A DNA stretch of 64,000 bases from Pedobacter sp. GTDB lineage: Bacteria > Desulfobacterota > Desulfuromonadia > Desulfuromonadales > Syntrophotaleaceae. Of the stretch, positions 18,520 to 27,760 are shown in pieces (positions within the stretch are counted from its first letter, which is position 1; each line of letters starts with the position of its first letter). Location: NCBI GenBank assembly GCA_050253415.1, contig JBFWJC010000001.1, forward strand, positions 1,128,679-1,192,678. Direction: 5' to 3'. A model generated the notes under the pieces. That model did not search any database, was not told where the DNA came from, and saw nothing but the letters and a program-made list of their open reading frames with translations. Position numbers and translations under genes: made by a program.

Positions 18520-19932
18520 CTAGTTTTTTTGTTTCAAATAGGCATCGATAGCCACTGCTGCCGATTTGCCGTCGCCCATAGCCAGGATGACCGTGGCGCC
18601 GCCGCGCACAATATCCCCGCCGGCAAAGACGCCGGGCAGGTTGGTAGCACCGTTTTCGTCGGTTTCAATATTGCCCCATTTGTTGAGCTTTAAATCGGGG
18701 GCGGTAGCAGTCAACAGAGGGTTGGCACGGGTACCGATGGCGTTTACCACGACATCCACTTCAAGTTCAAAGGTTTCGCCTTCAATGGCCACCGGTCTGC
18801 GTCGGCCGGAAGCGTCGGGCTCACCAAGTTGCATCCGCTGGCACAGTAAGCCTTTGACCCAGCCGTTTTCATCCCCGAGGATTTCCAGCGGCGCGGCCAG
18901 CAGAATGAATTCGATGCCTTCTTCCTTGGCGTGGTGAATCTCCTCGATTCGCGCAGGCATCTCGGCTTCAGTGCGTCGATAGAGGATAATGGAGCGGTCT
19001 GCCCCGAGGCGCTTTGAAGTGCGCACCGCATCCATAGCTGTGTTGCCGCCGCCAATGACGGCCACCCGTTTGCCATGAATGATCGGCGTGGGGTGGTCGT
19101 TGCGCCAGGCAGACATCAGGTTGACGCGGGTTAGATATTCATTGGCTGAGTAAACCCCCTTGAGGTTTTCCCCTTCGATGTTGAGCATAACCGGTAGACC
19201 GGCACCGTTACCAATGAAAACCGCATCGAATTCCTGGCGTAACTCGTCCAGGGTGACGGTTTTCCCTACCACGACATTGCACTCGATTTCAACGCCCAGT
19301 TCCTGAAGTCTTGAAACTTCGGTGTCAACGATGCGTTTGGGTAAACGAAACTCGGGAATGCCGTAGCGCAGAACTCCGCCGGTGTCGTGCAATGCCTCAA
19401 ACAGGGTTACTCCATGCCCCTTGCGAGCCAATTCGCCGGCCATGGTAAGTCCGGCGGGGCCGGAGCCTACAATGGCAATTTTCTTTCCGGTCGGCTCCGG
19501 CAGTTTTTCCTTGGGTAATTTGTCCGGGTGGGCCAAAGCCCAGTCGGCGACAAACCGCTCCAGGTAGCCGACGGCTACCGGCGCGCCTTTAACGCCACGA
19601 ACGCAGACCTGTTCGCACTGGGTTTCCTGGGGACAGACCCGGCCGCACACGGCGGGCAGAGTGTTGTCTGCGAGCAAAATGCGTGCGGCCTCAGGCAGAT
19701 TGCCTTCGGCCAGAGCGGCAATAAAGTCGGGAATCCGGACTCGAACCGGGCATCCGGCAATACAGGGACGGCTTTTGCACAGTAGGCAACGCTGGGCTTC
19801 GCGGATAGCCTGCTCTTCGGTAAGCCCCTGATTGACTTCTTCAAAGTTGCCGATGCGGCGCTGTGGATCCTGTTCGGGCATTTTAACCCGTTCAATAGCC
19901 ATGCGTTCTTTGGGGGTCAGTTTTTTTTTCAT
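18520..19932 (-). CDS. nfnB: NfnB / GltD-like large subunit of NADH-dependent ferredoxin:NADP+ oxidoreductase
   Basis: RCLLC..PC..GCP, CGRVCPQETQCE, GSGPAG, GGGNTAMD, FAGGD; paired with nfnA, no gltB adjacent. Confidence 0.88.
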   Translation of the reverse strand: MKKKLTPKERMAIERVKMPEQDPQRRIGNFEEVNQGLTEEQAIREAQRCLLCKSRPCIAGCPVRVRIPDFIAALAEGNLPEAARILLADNTLPAVCGRVCPQETQCEQVCVRGVKGAPVAVGYLERFVADWALAHPDKLPKEKLPEPTGKKIAIVGSGPAGLTMAGELARKGHGVTLFEALHDTGGVLRYGIPEFRLPKRIVDTEVSRLQELGVEIECNVVVGKTVTLDELRQEFDAVFIGNGAGLPVMLNIEGENLKGVYSANEYLTRVNLMSAWRNDHPTPIIHGKRVAVIGGGNTAMDAVRTSKRLGADRSIILYRRTEAEMPARIEEIHHAKEEGIEFILLAAPLEILGDENGWVKGLLCQRMQLGEPDASGRRRPVAIEGETFELEVDVVVNAIGTRANPLLTATAPDLKLNKWGNIETDENGATNLPGVFAGGDIVRGGATVILAMGDGKSAAVAIDAYLKQKN

Positions 19933-19940
19933 AATATATG

Positions 19941-20798
19941 TTATCGTTTCACTTTGATAATTTTATCGCGTAGTTCTTCGGGGAGATCCGCCATGATTTT
20001 GGCTTCGGTCTCCCGGTACATGGACAGGCGATCCATAAGCAAATCAAAATCAACAAGATGGCCGTCGAATTCGGGACCATCGACACAGGCGAATTTAGTT
20101 TCGTCGCCAACCTTCACTCGGCAACCACCGCACATGCCCGTGCCATCGATCATGATGGGGTTTAGGCTGACAATGGTTTTAATGCCGTAAGGTCGCGTCA
20201 GTTCTGCTACCGCCCGCATCATGGGGACTGGGCCGATGGCAAACACCGCGCTGGGTCGCTTGTCCGGATTGTCGATCAGTTCCTGCAGTACATTGGTCAC
20301 AAAGCCCTGCTGTCCCAGACTGCCATCTTCTGTGGCAATCAGTACGTCGGTGGAAAAGGCAGCCAACTCTTCGGCAAGAATGATGAAGGGCTTGGAGCGT
20401 CCTCCGATAATGGTGGTTACCTCGTTTCCCGATTCGGCCAAGGCTTTGGCCAGGGGGTACAGAACCGCCGTGCCGAGTCCGCCACCCACACAGGCAACAC
20501 GCCCCCACTGTTCAATCTCCGTTGCTTTCCCCAGCGGGCCGGCAATGTCACGGATCGAGCCGCCGACCGGAGTGCTCACGATTTTAAGGGTAGATGCACC
20601 AACAGCCTGAATAAAAAGAGTAATGGTACCCGCTTGCGGATCGGCATCTCCGATGGTCAGGGGGATGCGCTCGCCATCCACTTCGGGATGGACAATGACA
20701 AACTGACCCGGTTGCCGGGCTTTGGCGATGCGCGGAGCGCGAATAACCATGCGATGCACGTTAGGCGCCAAGGTATCATTTTGCAGAACTTCGAACAT
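19941..20798 (-). CDS. nfnA: NfnA / PyrK-like flavoprotein [2Fe-2S] subunit
   Basis: PGQFVI, ERIPLTI, GPLG, GGGLG, DGTGMCGGC, CVDGPEFD; ATG 20798 after GGAGA. Confidence 0.9.
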   Translation of the reverse strand: MFEVLQNDTLAPNVHRMVIRAPRIAKARQPGQFVIVHPEVDGERIPLTIGDADPQAGTITLFIQAVGASTLKIVSTPVGGSIRDIAGPLGKATEIEQWGRVACVGGGLGTAVLYPLAKALAESGNEVTTIIGGRSKPFIILAEELAAFSTDVLIATEDGSLGQQGFVTNVLQELIDNPDKRPSAVFAIGPVPMMRAVAELTRPYGIKTIVSLNPIMIDGTGMCGGCRVKVGDETKFACVDGPEFDGHLVDFDLLMDRLSMYRETEAKIMADLPEELRDKIIKVKR

Positions 20799-20929
20799 GT
20801 TCTCTCCAACGGATAGAAAAGGAGTGGTCAACGTCCCGCCCTGTGATGGGGGAATTAACGCTCTCCCGTTAAACTCGCGATTCTCAACTCAAAAAGAAGG
20901 TTTCATAGAGAGAGAAAGTAAACCATCTG

Positions 20930-20958
20930 ATAGTATCAGTTTGGGTTTTTCAATTCAA
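20930..20958 (-). promoter_or_regulatory. Candidate sigma70 promoter for nfnAB
   Basis: TTGAAT-N17-TACTAT with extended -10 TG. Confidence 0.45.
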
Positions 20959-21326
20959 CCAATACATTGTTTCCGGGATGTTTTGCTGTTTACGATATTC
21001 TTCAGGGGCTTTTTACAATAATTCCGGACTTTGTGGGGATGTGAAATCCCGCTAAGACCATCGCGTGGACAGGATGAGAAATGGAGCCGATTGGTAGGGG
21101 TTTGCTGCCAGTGAGACCGATTCGAGCGTTGTTCGCGGCAAGATTTTCTGCTACGGTTTCCTTGTACCGTTTTGTATCTCAATCGTTTTTCAGAAGATTG
21201 TCTAAACAAGAGAGCGGGGCATGCCGAACCGTGTCGCATGTTTCGGGAAACTGTCCTCGTTTTTGTCGGATAATAGGTATTTGCCAAGGGTTGTTCCGGT
21301 TCGTCTTTAACTCTATAGAGAGGTGA

Positions 21327-21923
21327 TTGGTTATGCTGGAAATACGTCGGCAGGCATTGCGAGGAGCTTTGTGCGACGCAGATGAAGGTATCCGTCAGGC
21401 AGCCGCTGAGGCGTTAGAGCGCTTGGAAGCCGTGCAGAGTTTGGATGATATTCTGCAGATCCTCAAGTCAGGCAACCGGGGCCTGCAGGTGCGTGCAATT
21501 TTTGCACTTGAGAAGGTCCAGAGTCCCCGGGTGTATGCGCCTTTACTGGCGGCTCTCAAGGTTGCCGATGCCGATATCCGTTGCGCAGCGATTCAGGTCC
21601 TCGGTGAAAAAAAACATGTCAAGGCCCTGGAATATCTTGTTCGCCATCTCAAGGATCCTCACCCTGCGGTAAGAGTGCACGCTGCCTGCGCATTGGGCAA
21701 TTTCTCCGATCCCCGCCTGGTTCCCTATCTGGTGGCTGAATTGGGCAGCAGCGATGAAGAGCTGGTAGTCAGTGTGCTCGATGCATTGGGGGGGATCGGT
21801 GCTGCGGAAGCCGAAGGTGCCGTGTTGAGCTTGGTTCAGGATGATCGTCTGCGCGTGCGGCGCGCCGCCATCAAGGCTTTGGGTTGCCTGGGGATTGATG
21901 ATCCCGCTGGAGCCTCTGATTGA
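21327..21923 (+). CDS. HEAT/PBS-lyase repeat protein
   Basis: Repeated D...VR..A..ALG units; GAGGTG RBS (start may be ATG 21333). Confidence 0.85.
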   Translation: MVMLEIRRQALRGALCDADEGIRQAAAEALERLEAVQSLDDILQILKSGNRGLQVRAIFALEKVQSPRVYAPLLAALKVADADIRCAAIQVLGEKKHVKALEYLVRHLKDPHPAVRVHAACALGNFSDPRLVPYLVAELGSSDEELVVSVLDALGGIGAAEAEGAVLSLVQDDRLRVRRAAIKALGCLGIDDPAGASD

Positions 21924-21950
21924 GAGCCGTTTCGGGGGGGGTGGACGGAG

Positions 21951-23291
21951 CTAAAGGTAGTCGATGACTTCCACGCCTTTAAGGAACGGATCGACTTCGG
22001 AGACGATCCGTTTTTTTTCTGCAGCGGAAAGGTTAAGCGTGCGTGGTTTTTCCAGATGCTCCCCGAGGGGGTCAAACAGGATCTTTAGTTCAACGGCGTC
22101 GGGGTTATCGATTCCGACACGTCCCACCACGCCGATTTCATTATTATCCAGGCGTACCAAGGTGCCAACCGGGTAAGTTCCCAAAGCAAAGATAAATGTT
22201 TCCAGATACCCCGGGTGTAACAGGGTCCCGGCCAGGCACAGGAGCTCCTGTATGGCTTTGCGAGGGGTAATAGGGCGTTGGTAGGGGCGCAGAGTGGTGA
22301 TGGCATCGTAAGTGTCGGCAATGGTAGTCATGTCGATCAGGTCAAATGAACCACTGATCCCCGCGTTTTGAGGATAGCCTCTCCGGTCAAAATGCAGGTG
22401 GTGCCCAAGTACGATGGCGCGGGCACTGTCGGTCAAACCACCCATCTGGTCGATGATCGCTGCGCCCATATCGGGGTGCTTTTTAATTTCTGAAAATTCT
22501 TTTTCCGATAGCTTTCCTGGCTTGTTGATGATGGCCAGGTCGATTTTGAGTTTGCCTATATCATGCAATAGACTACCGATACCCAGCGTACGCAATTCGT
22601 CTTCCGACAGACCGGCTGCTCTGCCGACCGCCAGGGCAAGCACCGAGACATTTACCGAATGGGTAAAGGTGTAGTTATCGTAATTTTTCAGCAGACTCAG
22701 CGCCAGTAGCGCGTGCGGATCCGCAAGGGTCATGCGAGCCATGTCCTTGACGACCTTTTGTGCTTCCGCCGATGACGGGATGCGACCCAGTCGCACATCC
22801 TGGAATATGCTATTGACCACCTTGAGGGCACGACCGAAAATTTTTCGGGCGGATTGCCGGTCGGTATCCTCCTCGCTCTCTTCAGGCAAAAAACGGATGT
22901 TGCGGATATCGTTCTGTCGGAACAGTTCTTCAAACTCTTCGTGGCCCAATGCCGTGCCGTTTAAAAACTGCAGGAGAAGTTTGAGCTCATGGTTCTCAAT
23001 GCCTTCAAGAAACTCGATCCCTGCCAACTGCTTTTCCTGAAACAGGCGACAGAGGTTTTCCGCTGCCGGATGGGGATCGGCAAACAGGTGGTCATTAACG
23101 AATAAGGTATCCTGCAGGATGCCGATACGCAGCTGGGTCCGCCCTTGCAAAAGGTTTTTCAGCAGTCCGGTGGCGGCTTGAAGTTGTTTTTGAATGATAG
23201 GGTGCTGCACAGGGTAGAGCCGTAATCCCTTAAGGGCCCCCGATAGGCTGTTAACCAGTTGTTTCAATGGATCCATTTGCATAGGCGTCAA
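21951..23291 (-). CDS. HD-GYP cyclic-dinucleotide phosphodiesterase
   Basis: YTFTHSVNV, LHDIGK, HP, HH..FD..GYP, ADTYDA, RPYQ, YPVGTLVRL. Confidence 0.92.
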   Translation of the reverse strand: MTPMQMDPLKQLVNSLSGALKGLRLYPVQHPIIQKQLQAATGLLKNLLQGRTQLRIGILQDTLFVNDHLFADPHPAAENLCRLFQEKQLAGIEFLEGIENHELKLLLQFLNGTALGHEEFEELFRQNDIRNIRFLPEESEEDTDRQSARKIFGRALKVVNSIFQDVRLGRIPSSAEAQKVVKDMARMTLADPHALLALSLLKNYDNYTFTHSVNVSVLALAVGRAAGLSEDELRTLGIGSLLHDIGKLKIDLAIINKPGKLSEKEFSEIKKHPDMGAAIIDQMGGLTDSARAIVLGHHLHFDRRGYPQNAGISGSFDLIDMTTIADTYDAITTLRPYQRPITPRKAIQELLCLAGTLLHPGYLETFIFALGTYPVGTLVRLDNNEIGVVGRVGIDNPDAVELKILFDPLGEHLEKPRTLNLSAAEKKRIVSEVDPFLKGVEVIDYL

Positions 23292-24916
23292 AGTTCAGAC
23301 CATTGATTCATGGTTCTCGATGCAGATTGGGCAATGCGATGATCACGCTCGTGTCTGAGCGCTTCCAAAACGGGTTTGGAGGAGGGGCTGCCAATCTGCC
23401 CCAGGGCAGCAATGGCTTGAATGCGCAAAACAGCCCCTCGGGATGGCCTCCACAAGGGCCGGCGTTTCGCCAGCCGCTCAAGTTCGGGGGCGGCTTCAGG
23501 CGCGCCAATGCGGCCCAGTGCCTTGATTGCAGATGTTTTAAGCTCGGTTTTTTTCATGAACGGATCCCGGCTTTTGATGATTTTGACCAAGCTTGGTACC
23601 GCCGCGGGGTTGCGCATGATACCAAGGGCAAGGATTGTTTGAGGATAGAGCTCACTGTGGCCGCTGTCAACCAGTTGTAGTAGGGATTTGACAGCTTGGT
23701 CTCCACCTATGCGCGCCAGCGCACGGATTGTCTCGCGTGCGATGCGCAAATCTTCATGCCAAAGCAGTGGGTGGAGGTGGCCGGCGGTGTGCGGACCACC
23801 GATCTGCCCAAGTATGGCGACCACGTTGCGAACCATATACCAGTGTTCGTCCTGCAGAGCCAATATTAAATCGGGAATCGCGATGGGGCCCAACTTGGCC
23901 AGGGTGGTCGACAGAAGTTTACGCGCAAAAGCATCTTTTTCACTGGCCAGGCGATATATCAGAGGGCGCACGGTTTTTTCGCGCAGAAAGACCATTGTCT
24001 GCATGCACTGATCGCGCAAAGGTTTGGGGACACCGCGCGTACACAGAGTGTTGATCAGGAAGTCCAGAACATCTTTTCCTGTCAGTTGATTCAGGCAGTG
24101 AAGAACTTCGCTACGTCGAGACTTGCTTTGTTGCCGGTTGCCAAACAGGACGGCCAGGGTGCGGAATGTCTGCAGCACCAGGATTAGATGCTTTTCGGAC
24201 AGATGCTGATGAAGATGCCTTGGCAACCTGTCCAGCAGTTGTTTGAAGCGGCGGTCCGATGCTTCTCTTGGCAACTGTATGAGGATCTGTTCGAGGCTGA
24301 GGAGGTCGATGAGCTGCTCAGCCATGGAAGAGTCGCCGGTTGTTTCGGTGGCCACTCCCTTAAGCTGTTTGATTGACTCCGTCCCGGAGGAGGGTGCCTC
24401 TTGCAACTTTTTATCGCTGCCGACAGATGTTTTATTGTCCCTGTTCTCGATGCGTTGCTTGGCTGCACGAATAACGGATAAATCAAGTTCGTTGATCCAT
24501 ATACCTGTTGCTTGCTCCGCCAACAGCAATTCCTGCATCCCTCCCTTTTCCTGCATGTCAGTGGGTTTGAGGATGACATTGCGAGAAAAAACAACAAGGT
24601 CTCGGGCTGTCAGTTCAGGGAGAAACAGCAGTTGCTGTATGCGTCTTGCAAATAAAAAGTGAGCCAGGCTGCGGATGCCTGCATGTTCTTGGGCGCATGT
24701 TTCGTCATCGAGAAGGATGCGATCTTTGCGGACATTTATCACCAAGTTGCCATTCTGGAGCAATGGACGAAAGGCTTCCATGGCCTCTTCGCTTACCTGC
24801 TTCAACGTTGGATGTTCTGCTGGGTAGAAGCGAATGGTTTTAATCAGCTTGATCAATTTGATCAAGGCTGCACGTAAAAGGTCCATGCTCTGAAATTGTT
24901 GAGTATCTGGGGTCAC
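23288..24916 (-). CDS. HEAT-repeat protein with uncharacterised N-terminal domain
   Basis: C-terminal HEAT repeats (WYMVRN..ILG, ALARIGG, ALGRIG); N-domain FYPAEHP; overlaps HD-GYP start. Confidence 0.85.
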   Translation of the reverse strand: MTPDTQQFQSMDLLRAALIKLIKLIKTIRFYPAEHPTLKQVSEEAMEAFRPLLQNGNLVINVRKDRILLDDETCAQEHAGIRSLAHFLFARRIQQLLFLPELTARDLVVFSRNVILKPTDMQEKGGMQELLLAEQATGIWINELDLSVIRAAKQRIENRDNKTSVGSDKKLQEAPSSGTESIKQLKGVATETTGDSSMAEQLIDLLSLEQILIQLPREASDRRFKQLLDRLPRHLHQHLSEKHLILVLQTFRTLAVLFGNRQQSKSRRSEVLHCLNQLTGKDVLDFLINTLCTRGVPKPLRDQCMQTMVFLREKTVRPLIYRLASEKDAFARKLLSTTLAKLGPIAIPDLILALQDEHWYMVRNVVAILGQIGGPHTAGHLHPLLWHEDLRIARETIRALARIGGDQAVKSLLQLVDSGHSELYPQTILALGIMRNPAAVPSLVKIIKSRDPFMKKTELKTSAIKALGRIGAPEAAPELERLAKRRPLWRPSRGAVLRIQAIAALGQIGSPSSKPVLEALRHERDHRIAQSASRTMNQWSEL

Positions 24917-25071
24917 GGGGTTTTATCTCAGAAAGAAATGTGTATTTTCTTATTGAACCATTAGCTTAACGTTTCGTAGGCTGGTTGTAAATAGCTTTTA
25001 TATCGTGCAAAATAGCCGACTGTTGTGATTGCTTTTTGCGGATTTACAGCAGGCTATCAAAAGGGGGCGGT

Positions 25072-25695
25072 ATGCTGGTCTTGGGTTTGACAGGGGGGAT
25101 CGCCAGCGGCAAAAGCATGGTGGCGGGAATGTTTCAAAATCTCGGTGCCGAAGTGGTTAGTGCTGATGACCTTGCCAGGGACGTGGTGCGCCCCGGGTCG
25201 GCCATCCTTGCCCGCATTGCTGAACAATTTGGCAATCAGGTGCTGCGAAGTGATGGAGGCTTGAACCGACCAGTTCTGGCAGAAAAGATTTTCTCTGATC
25301 CTCAGGCGCGTAAGGCCCTGGATCGGATTACCCATCCCGCTATTGCTGAACTGGCTTCCCGGAGATTTAAGGCCCTTGCGCAAAAAGGATCCAGGATTGT
25401 CGTGTATGATGCTCCGCTATTATATGAGGCCGGTGCGGATAAGCAGGTCGACGAGGTGGTTGTGGTAGCGGTAGATGCGGAAACCCAATTGCGGCGGCTG
25501 ATGTTGCGCGACGGACTCGATCAACTGGCGGCCAAAGCGCGCATAGATGCACAGATGCCCTTGGTACAAAAGATTGCACGGGCGGATTATGTCATCGACA
25601 ACAACGGTTCGTTGGAGGCAACCCGGCAACAGGTTGTGGCCCTTATGGCGCGACTTGATCCGGTGGCAGGTGATTCCTGTCTTCCGAAGTTATAA
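25072..25695 (+). CDS. coaE: Dephospho-CoA kinase
   Basis: LGLTGGIASGKS, HP.I, PLLYE, RI.AQMP, IDNNG. Confidence 0.95.
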   Translation: MLVLGLTGGIASGKSMVAGMFQNLGAEVVSADDLARDVVRPGSAILARIAEQFGNQVLRSDGGLNRPVLAEKIFSDPQARKALDRITHPAIAELASRRFKALAQKGSRIVVYDAPLLYEAGADKQVDEVVVVAVDAETQLRRLMLRDGLDQLAAKARIDAQMPLVQKIARADYVIDNNGSLEATRQQVVALMARLDPVAGDSCLPKL

Positions 25696-26452
25696 AACGC
25701 AGAATAAGGTCAAGCATGGGCTGCCAGGAAGGATGGTCCGGGGCGGCAAGGCCATGTCCGGTCTGGGGGCCGAACAGGTGATATTCTTTGCATTCGCTTC
25801 CAAGGCGCAGGAATAGGTCGTAGCCACTGGCAACTTTTACGGTCTGGTCGCCCAAGGCGTTGATGGCCAATGTAGGGACTGTGATTGAGGGCAGCGTGGG
25901 TCGAATGTGACGGATAAGTCGGCAGATCTGGTAGACACCATTGACGGGGCGTCGATCGTAGTAGAACCCTGCTAAGTGTGCGGGCAGTTCACGTTTCTGG
26001 AATTTTCGGAAATGACGCAGTATACCGGTAAAGGGTGCCAGGCGATGAAGCATGGCCAGGAAGGGGGATAGCAGAACCATGCTGCTGAAATTCCGGCTCG
26101 TGGCAAGCGCCAACAAAACCAGGGCGCCGGTGCTGATGCCGATAGTATGAACTCTGCCGGTTTCCTGTTGCAATCTATCGTGAGCTTCGCGGGTGGCAGT
26201 AACCCATTCTTCAAAACGGCGCTGACAGAGATCCTCCGGGGTCGTTCCGTGACCAGGCAGGCGGACAGCGGTAACCGGGAACCCAGCCTGGCGGAGGACT
26301 TCACCGAGGGGGCGCATCTCCCAGGGGGAGGCAGTAAAGCCATGCACGAGCAGTATCCCTGGTTTCCCCGGAAAATCCGGTTCCAGGTGAAACTCCTGGT
26401 TTTGCAAGTTTGATGGATCGCAGGAGTGTAAATTGTTTTTACATGGGTTCAT
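25643..26452 (-). CDS. Alpha/beta-hydrolase (carboxylesterase-like)
   Basis: LLVHGFTASP, RLPGHG, GISTG nucleophile elbow, D..V, GH; start uncertain. Confidence 0.85.
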   Translation of the reverse strand: MNPCKNNLHSCDPSNLQNQEFHLEPDFPGKPGILLVHGFTASPWEMRPLGEVLRQAGFPVTAVRLPGHGTTPEDLCQRRFEEWVTATREAHDRLQQETGRVHTIGISTGALVLLALATSRNFSSMVLLSPFLAMLHRLAPFTGILRHFRKFQKRELPAHLAGFYYDRRPVNGVYQICRLIRHIRPTLPSITVPTLAINALGDQTVKVASGYDLFLRLGSECKEYHLFGPQTGHGLAAPDHPSWQPMLDLILRFITSEDRNHLPPDQVAP

Positions 26453-26614
26453 CGGCGCCCCGGAAAAAGGAATGAGCCGCCTGGCTTGGTGCATTCTGCA
26501 ACATGCCAGGCGGCTCTTTTGGTGCGTATCGGAACAAAACGGTGGTTGCTGATCTTCGGATTCTAACCGCCAACGTTTTTTGGATGGTCTCGAAATTGGT
26601 GGCTCTGGGGTGCT

Positions 26615-27403
26615 TTAGTTTTTGTGAAAGCCAAGCCGGCTGGACAGCTCATCGGCAGCTTTTACCACCAGGGGCATGAGCTCTTGCTCGATGCGTTCGT
26701 CGGTGAAGCGAATCGACGGACCTGAGATGCTCAGGGAACCAATGATTCTCCGGGTATAATCCCGGATGGGAGCAGCGACACACCGGACGCCAAGGTCCAG
26801 CTCCTCATTGTCGAGGGCATAGCCCTTTTCCGCCACGTCTTTAAGGGTTTCCTTGAGTTTCTCCCGGTCAGTAACGGTGAACTCGGTGTAGCTTTTGAGT
26901 TCTTCTTTGGGGAGCAGGGCTTCGAGTTCTTCCTCAGACATGAAGGCCAAATGTACTTTGCCGGCCGCCGTAGCGTAGGCTGGAAGCCGCGAACCTACCC
27001 GGGAGACAACCCGTACCGTATTGTGGGTTTCGACGACATCGAGGTATACAATGTGTCCTTCCTTGAAGATTGCCAGGTAGGAGGTTTCATTGCAGGCTTC
27101 TACGATGCTGTCGAGAACCGGCTTGGCCTGGTGTAACAGCCCCATTTTTTTGATGAAAGTCTGGCCCAGCTCAAGAGATTTCAGTCCGAGCCGGTAGTTT
27201 TCGGTTACCTTGTTTTGTTCGATGTATCCGCGTGCTTCGAGTGTGGCAAGTAATCGAAAAACATTGTTTTTATGTAGCCTCAAGCGCTTGCTGAGTTCGG
27301 TTACGCCAAGTTCATCAACGTCATCGCTGTGAAATTGTTCAAGCAGGTCGAGGGCATGCGATACCGCTTGAATCATATACTCGGATTTTTCCTTTTTTGC
27401 CAT
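26615..27403 (-). CDS. IclR-family transcriptional regulator
   Basis: HTH (GVTELSKRL..HKNNVFRLLATL), G.RLPAYATAAGK, GYALDNEE, CVAAPI. Confidence 0.95.
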   Translation of the reverse strand: MAKKEKSEYMIQAVSHALDLLEQFHSDDVDELGVTELSKRLRLHKNNVFRLLATLEARGYIEQNKVTENYRLGLKSLELGQTFIKKMGLLHQAKPVLDSIVEACNETSYLAIFKEGHIVYLDVVETHNTVRVVSRVGSRLPAYATAAGKVHLAFMSEEELEALLPKEELKSYTEFTVTDREKLKETLKDVAEKGYALDNEELDLGVRCVAAPIRDYTRRIIGSLSISGPSIRFTDERIEQELMPLVVKAADELSSRLGFHKN

Positions 27404-27555
27404 GTTCCTGGTTCCCTCTTTGATTTAAATTTCCGGCCTGGAGCCGGTTTAGTAGAAAAAATGAATTGATGCTTGTTGCTTTTGTAATGTGTTTGCCGAG
27501 CCGCTTGTTTTTACGCCCAAACCGCAGACGAGGACTCTTAAACAACAACTTTTTA

Positions 27556-27584
27556 AATATAAAATTATGTTTTATAGATGTCAA
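27556..27584 (-). promoter_or_regulatory. Sigma70 promoter for the IclR gene
   Basis: TTGACA-N17-TATATT on minus strand. Confidence 0.75.
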
Positions 27585-27760
27585 CCACAACTGTGGCGAG
27601 CGCGCAGGCTTTTTCTGGGCGTTGTTCGGATTGACGACAGACCTGTGTATCGTTGTTGGGTTGCTCTGGCGTCTGAGCCTCCCGATCTCACCGCATGGCG
27701 CTTATCCATCATTCGGTCGCATCTTAACAGCAAATAGTGGGCCAATGATTCCTGTTGCTG

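Noticed and set aside
18520..19932. Glutamate synthase small subunit (gltD) call
   Set aside because: No gltB adjacent; pairing with a PyrK-like gene indicates NfnAB.
21045..21120. CTAAGACCATCGCGTGG... vaguely GEMM-like in the nfnA-HEAT intergenic region
   Set aside because: The conserved stems and tetraloop-receptor cannot be built.
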